A stretch of 64,000 bases of DNA from an uncultured Dyadobacter sp. Lineage in GTDB: Bacteria > Bacteroidota > Bacteroidia > Cytophagales > Spirosomataceae. Positions 59,015 through 64,000 of the stretch are shown one piece after another. The notes under the pieces were generated by a model. That model was given only the letters and a program-made list of their open reading frames with translations. It was not told the origin of the DNA and did not search any database. The translations under genes were made by a program, and so were the position numbers. The DNA is taken from positions 968 through 64,967 of the forward strand of contig CAXBLH010000001.1 of assembly GCA_963976315.1 (NCBI GenBank), given 5' to 3'. The stretch's first letter is position 1. Each line of letters starts with the position of its first letter.

Positions 59015-59271
59015 ATAATTATTAATTCATTAATCACTATTCAATAGAGGACAGATTTTGCATTTTGTACTGAAAAATTTGAATTTTATATTCAGCAGTC
59101 TTATCACGAATTAATTTGTAAGACGATTTTCTTTTTGTATACTTCGGCAGTAAGCGTCGGCAATCGACTTAAATGTCGTATTTCTTAGACTGGCTTGAAA
59201 GCCGAAAGCTGACTGCTGATAGCTTTCAAAAGAAATCGTGATAATGTTTGATTTTTTCAAAACGAATGCGC

Positions 59272-60996
59272 TTATTTTCTTATTCCAGCCGAATGTTTGA
59301 TTTCTTCGTCTCTTAAATTATTGTCAATCAATATATTGTCATGTGTGGATGGAGGACTATATTGTTCTTTGATCCGATCCACATTGGTTAATTCACTGAA
59401 TACATTCCGCTCTACTCTCATATAGGCACTATCATTATCCAGAAATATCCCATTGACTGGAAAATTGTCTGCCCACTCGCTTTTCCCATAGCTATGTATC
59501 CAGTTTTCGGATATTTTGGTACCGGGTTGGGTGCTTAACGTGTATATTGCCCCGCCGTCATCGTGCAATTGCATCACATGATGTATGTTGTTTTTTCTAA
59601 TGTAATTATCTCTCATACCGTTCAGATTATCGCCATAGTGGTTTCCTATCTGCATACCGGTATATCGGCAATTTCGGATTTCATTGTATTCAATGATATG
59701 CTTGATCACACAACTTGCCAAAATTCCCATTCCGTTGGTATAATGCATTCCTAAGTTTTCAATGAGATTGTCGGCAATTAAATTGTTTTTGCTCATGAGA
59801 CTATCCGGCGGAAAGGCCTTACGATAAGTATCTATTACGATACCATTTGCACTGATTTCATGAATATGATTCTGAATTATACTACTATTTTGAACACCTT
59901 TGCTAAATACGATTCCATGTGCACCAGCATTTGATACATTGCAATTTTTGATAGTGAGGTTGCGTGCAAACTGGGCTTGAAACAAGCCTGGGCCCGGATC
60001 ATCCTTAGAGCCCCTAATCTGCACACCTTGCGTTGCGATACTTCCTTTTTTACTGGGCGTAAGCCAAGTACCATATGAAATTTCAATATTCTCAAAAGTG
60101 ACGTTATGAACAGGTTTGGTATTCGTTCCTGACACTTGTATTAAGGTTTCGGTGATCGGAAGAACTATATCCAGTTCGGCTATATTTTCGCCCGATTTGG
60201 GCTTGTAATATAAATAACTGGTTTGTTTGTTGATATACCATTCACTTTCATCATCTAAAAATTCAATCGCATTCTCGAAATAATAGGGCTTATTTGGATC
60301 CAACATTCGGGCATAGGTAAGCTGAAACAAGTAGGGACGCTCTTCCTTCAAAGGCGTGATAACCAGTGTATCCTTCATCGCTACTATACTGGAAATCCGG
60401 ACTCTACTCTGATACCAATGCTGATTGATGACCATTTCAACCTGATTAAGCTCTTTTACAGCAGGCAACTCCGATGGGCGGACGAAAATCGTTTTGTTTT
60501 TTTGATCAAATCCAAGTAATCGGTTATAAGGGCCAAAGTCAGCCGAGTCTTTCCGGTTTGGATAACGTGCTCGTATCGCCATTTTCCCGTTTACATAAAG
60601 CTGTCTAGAATCAATTCCTATAGGGATTTCTGCCTTGTAAATACCGGATCCCGTGGGTTTCCAATTCGTAACTCTTAACCCACCTTGCAGTTGAGCTCTT
60701 TGACCATCTGCACTCTTAAAGGTTATCTGATTATTTATGTTTCCAGCTTCATCGGAGGTTATTAAAAACGAGGATAGTAAGTCAAATTTTGGTGCATTAA
60801 ATATGACCTGAACCTTTCCAACGTCGGTAAGATTTAATTGTCTTAGTTTACTCTTAATGCCTTCCAGACTACATGGGAACTGTTCGGAACATACTGCTCC
60901 GTTCCCATCAGGCGTTACATAAAGGTTGGTTTGCGCAACAGTCAACTTGCTAAGAACAAGTATGGCGAACAACAATAGATTTGTTTTTTTATTCAT
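59272..60996 (-). CDS. Right-handed beta-helix glycosidase, GH141-like
   Basis: Start MNKKTNLL; YVTPDGNG, RQLYVNGK.AIRARYPN, YYFENA.EFLD..EWY, DGGAIYT, IFLDNDS, Asn ladders. Confidence 0.78.
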   Translation of the reverse strand: MNKKTNLLLFAILVLSKLTVAQTNLYVTPDGNGAVCSEQFPCSLEGIKSKLRQLNLTDVGKVQVIFNAPKFDLLSSFLITSDEAGNINNQITFKSADGQRAQLQGGLRVTNWKPTGSGIYKAEIPIGIDSRQLYVNGKMAIRARYPNRKDSADFGPYNRLLGFDQKNKTIFVRPSELPAVKELNQVEMVINQHWYQSRVRISSIVAMKDTLVITPLKEERPYLFQLTYARMLDPNKPYYFENAIEFLDDESEWYINKQTSYLYYKPKSGENIAELDIVLPITETLIQVSGTNTKPVHNVTFENIEISYGTWLTPSKKGSIATQGVQIRGSKDDPGPGLFQAQFARNLTIKNCNVSNAGAHGIVFSKGVQNSSIIQNHIHEISANGIVIDTYRKAFPPDSLMSKNNLIADNLIENLGMHYTNGMGILASCVIKHIIEYNEIRNCRYTGMQIGNHYGDNLNGMRDNYIRKNNIHHVMQLHDDGGAIYTLSTQPGTKISENWIHSYGKSEWADNFPVNGIFLDNDSAYMRVERNVFSELTNVDRIKEQYSPPSTHDNILIDNNLRDEEIKHSAGIRK

Positions 60997-61065
60997 AAAA
61001 TTTGGTCCTGCTTTTAGGTGGGTTCTCATACAATTCTGTACAAGCAACATCCATGGTTCATTTGT

Positions 61066-64000
61066 TTATCTATGTTCTTTAGGATGGTTTGGATAGCTCA
61101 ATACCGGTAATTTTTCTTCTATAAAGGGATTGTATTCGTCATACCCGCCTTCGTGGTTTCGTGTATCTCGCCTGAAAATTTCATTGGGTTTTGGGTGCCA
61201 ATTGATTAATCTGGCCGGATCGGTATCACTTATAATACTCTTGTGGCTGACACCATTTTTATTCTCAGCTGTAACCCAGTATTCATAAACGGTGGTCGAA
61301 GTGGGGAGGGTGTCCTGGTATTCTCGCCCGGTACCAGCATAAATAAGCAGCGGCTCTTTTGCAGTATCAAATTGCTTCCGTCGGTATAGTTTGTATCTCG
61401 ATACACCCAAAACTTGCCCCCAACTAATATGGGTTTTGTTATCAGTAGTCCTTACCAAAAGTCCCTCAGGAGCATGTGGCGCTTGATCCGTAAAGTACAC
61501 GGGATAGTCGGAAGAGGGTAAGCCCCATCCGCCGGTGCCCTTTGCCAGCACCCGCACATGGACTTTTGTTTTATTAGAAAACCCTTTTAAGAAAGTTTTG
61601 GTGCTGGTCAATGGCTCACCATATTTTGTCCAGCTAGTCCCAATATCCGTACTCACTTCTAGCTGATAGGCGGTGGCACCTGCTACTTTTTGCCATTCCA
61701 CCTCGCTACCGTTAGGATGGTAAATGGTATTAACGATTTTGGCGGGACCAGGTATTAACCCGTTGGTGGACCATTGCCAATTGTACTTACCCGGCAGAAG
61801 GTCAATGGCCAAAGAACCAGCAATTTCTGGAGCAACTTTCTCTCCATTCAAATAAAAGGTAGCCTGAGGCAATGGTTTCGTTAGCTTAAATGCAACACGA
61901 ATGGGTTGAGTAATATACATTAAACCCTCAAAACCCTGACTACTGGAATGGACACTAACCCCATTTTTACCACTCATCTGAAAGGTTATATCAATTCCCG
62001 GTATTCCTATTTCCTGGCCATGGAAAAGCGAAGCCTGATAGGATTTGATTTTTGTATCGTATCTTACGACTCCGGCTGTTCCCTTAAAGACTACCCCGTT
62101 TTGTGAAAATGCTTTTTCGGTTGATGCTCTGTAAACCCAATCTTTGAAATTGCTATTTTCAACGGTGCATCCGTAATCAGTACTTTTTGAAACCACATCA
62201 TTCTTATGGGTAACTACTGTCAAAAAACTTCCTTGGCCATCGTAATATCTGCCTTTGGTAGCTAGCTCACCTTTATCGTTATGGTATCTGCTTTTACTTG
62301 GTTTAATTTCCGAATCTTGCCCTTTTGCACCTGGTTTTAGTTGATGGATAAAGGGAAAATTATCCTCCTTACCCACAAACCATGCAAAACGGCCTTCGGT
62401 TTTATTATCCTTTACATGGTCAAAAACTACCATATAATCGTCACTGGATTGTAATACAGATCTCGAAATATAGTCGGGTTGTACCTCGGCGTTGGCGTTA
62501 ATCTGAGCGTATTGGGCAGATCCAAAATCGAAAAGAGGTTCGGTAAGATCGTTGCGCCCGACACTACGGTATGGTCCCAAATCGCGGTAAGTTCCTTGTT
62601 TCTTAATTCCAAAATTGGTACTTCTTTCTACGTCGCCAAAAGGTGCGTCGCCCACATCTTCCATGCCATTATGGCTAAAACGTTTGCCATTTGCATAGTA
62701 ATAAATTACCCCATTACCTCCTTTGGCCGCACGTCCCCATCTATAATTAGGTCCGTCATCTATTTGTTGAAGGTGCACATACATTTCATTTTTTTCTCCA
62801 AAATTCTTCCGTAATACCAATCCATAACCGGTGAATTTCTCTGATTTTAATCTCGGATTAGTACCTGTATTGTATTTCCAATCACCTTTAATTACTTTAT
62901 CCCAAGGATCGACTCGGCCTATTTTATACTCAAAACCTAAGTCATTTGGGGAGGTGACAAACAATAATTGCTCTGCCAGCAGGGGATCGTAGTAATAGAT
63001 TTCCTGTCCAAGCATTCTCAGTAAATTGGAAGGGGTAAGGCCATGTGAATGTGCTCCCTGTGGTGGATGAACCCTATTGTTGTCTGCGGACAGAAGAGGG
63101 GAAGTAAGGCTTTTTAGTAACCAGCCTGCGTACAAGGAAATATTGGGTTGCAACAGTCGATTGCGGTCATCAAAATGGTGATGAAGCAGATAGGAGGTTC
63201 GTAAGGTTGGTTTAAGAAAGGCCCAGGTATAGGTTCCAAGATTCTCTGTCCAACGGCCTCCGGTTGCGTTCCAAGGTGCAACAGTGGGTCTTACATGGTA
63301 CCGTAAATTAAGGGCAACGGATTTTTCGAAATGATCCGCCATGACCTGAGCTTGGGGGTGTTGCTTATAAAGAGCAGCTGCAAGTCCGGGTACTGCTTTG
63401 ATATCGGCCAGAAAGTTGGGATGCCCACTAAGCATATTTTTCATCGGCATAAGCGCTTCGTCCATAAAAACGTAGGTCATAAACAGGAACTGCGCCCGGA
63501 GTGTCCTGATTTTATCGTCAGGAATATGCTTATAGTTGGCGTATAGCATTGGAGTAATTTTGTCATGGAAATCGCGTGATCCAACCGGAGTAGGGCCATT
63601 GTTTCTTTCGGAGTTTTCCGAAATATTGGCAATTTTATTTCCTAGTATCCTTTCCAAATCGGTTATATCCTGCTGCGGATGCTTACTTTCACTGGTGAAA
63701 AATAGGGTGTCTAGCCTTTCGATTTGGGGATAGTCTAGCTCCCAGTTTTTTACTTTATCCAAGGATATCCATCCGTACCATCGTCTCAGGAAATCGGTAT
63801 ACATCAAAGGTATATTGGTATTAGCTACCAAGTCGATGTCTTTTTGATGCGGGTAAATACTCATTGCAGTAGAGCGTGTGCCATTTGAAAGTGGTAAATG
63901 CCAGGCGAGTGTATTATTATGGAAGGTGAAATGAATACCCAAATTAAGGTTTGAAGTCCATAAGGCATAGGTTTGGTCATCCCACTTTTCCATATCCTTA
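61066..64000 (-). CDS. Large hypothetical protein, possible heparinase II/III-like lyase fold with two C-terminal FN3-like domains (5' end outside the window)
   Basis: Frame stays open to the window edge; helical region with GRWTENLGTY, beta region GYGLVLR...; FN3-like VEWQKVAGATAYQLE and ISWGQVLGVSRYKLYR..YEYWVTAENKNGVS. Confidence 0.65.
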   Translation of the reverse strand, partial: KDMEKWDDQTYALWTSNLNLGIHFTFHNNTLAWHLPLSNGTRSTAMSIYPHQKDIDLVANTNIPLMYTDFLRRWYGWISLDKVKNWELDYPQIERLDTLFFTSESKHPQQDITDLERILGNKIANISENSERNNGPTPVGSRDFHDKITPMLYANYKHIPDDKIRTLRAQFLFMTYVFMDEALMPMKNMLSGHPNFLADIKAVPGLAAALYKQHPQAQVMADHFEKSVALNLRYHVRPTVAPWNATGGRWTENLGTYTWAFLKPTLRTSYLLHHHFDDRNRLLQPNISLYAGWLLKSLTSPLLSADNNRVHPPQGAHSHGLTPSNLLRMLGQEIYYYDPLLAEQLLFVTSPNDLGFEYKIGRVDPWDKVIKGDWKYNTGTNPRLKSEKFTGYGLVLRKNFGEKNEMYVHLQQIDDGPNYRWGRAAKGGNGVIYYYANGKRFSHNGMEDVGDAPFGDVERSTNFGIKKQGTYRDLGPYRSVGRNDLTEPLFDFGSAQYAQINANAEVQPDYISRSVLQSSDDYMVVFDHVKDNKTEGRFAWFVGKEDNFPFIHQLKPGAKGQDSEIKPSKSRYHNDKGELATKGRYYDGQGSFLTVVTHKNDVVSKSTDYGCTVENSNFKDWVYRASTEKAFSQNGVVFKGTAGVVRYDTKIKSYQASLFHGQEIGIPGIDITFQMSGKNGVSVHSSSQGFEGLMYITQPIRVAFKLTKPLPQATFYLNGEKVAPEIAGSLAIDLLPGKYNWQWSTNGLIPGPAKIVNTIYHPNGSEVEWQKVAGATAYQLEVSTDIGTSWTKYGEPLTSTKTFLKGFSNKTKVHVRVLAKGTGGWGLPSSDYPVYFTDQAPHAPEGLLVRTTDNKTHISWGQVLGVSRYKLYRRKQFDTAKEPLLIYAGTGREYQDTLPTSTTVYEYWVTAENKNGVSHKSIISDTDPARLINWHPKPNEIFRRDTRNHEGGYDEYNPFIEEKLPVLSYPNHPKEHR

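Noticed and set aside
59201-59227. Heptamer-like run GCCGAAA-GCTGACT-GCTGATA-GCT with small hairpin
   Set aside because: Only three degenerate units; not a CRISPR array or convincing tandem repeat
1-64000. CRISPR arrays, tRNA/rRNA, transposases, integrases, invertible promoters, defence systems
   Set aside because: None recognised by eye; no recombinase gene or long inverted-repeat pair flanking a promoter was seen

Overview
Bacteroidota (Cytophagales-like) chromosomal window with four modules. (1) 1-18.4 kb: a pectin utilisation locus (GH28, PL10, PL1, GH127, an esterase, SusC/SusD) that carries four signal-peptide-bearing DUF1593 nucleoside-hydrolase-fold paralogs of unknown function. (2) 19-31 kb: a general-stress-type island (katE, ankyrin, YciF ferritin-like, GH1-like, glycosyltransferase, GH13, FAD protein, lone receiver); five of its promoters share a sigma54-like -24/-12 motif at a similar distance from the start codon. 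(3) 31.8-48.2 kb: a 1708-aa T9SS cargo next to a beta-propeller kinase/NarL-type regulator pair, then a CzcA-TolC fusion/CzcB efflux operon preceded by an apparently leaderless Cys-rich WQPP uORF and an attenuator-like hairpin. (4) 48.3-64 kb: an ECF-sigma/FecR/SusC/SusD locus with GH141-like and lyase-like enzymes, a duplicated FecR and half sigma factor joined by a deletion scar to a decayed sugar-dehydrogenase gene. No rRNA, tRNA, CRISPR array or transposase was seen. All family calls come from motif recognition by eye; no searches were run.
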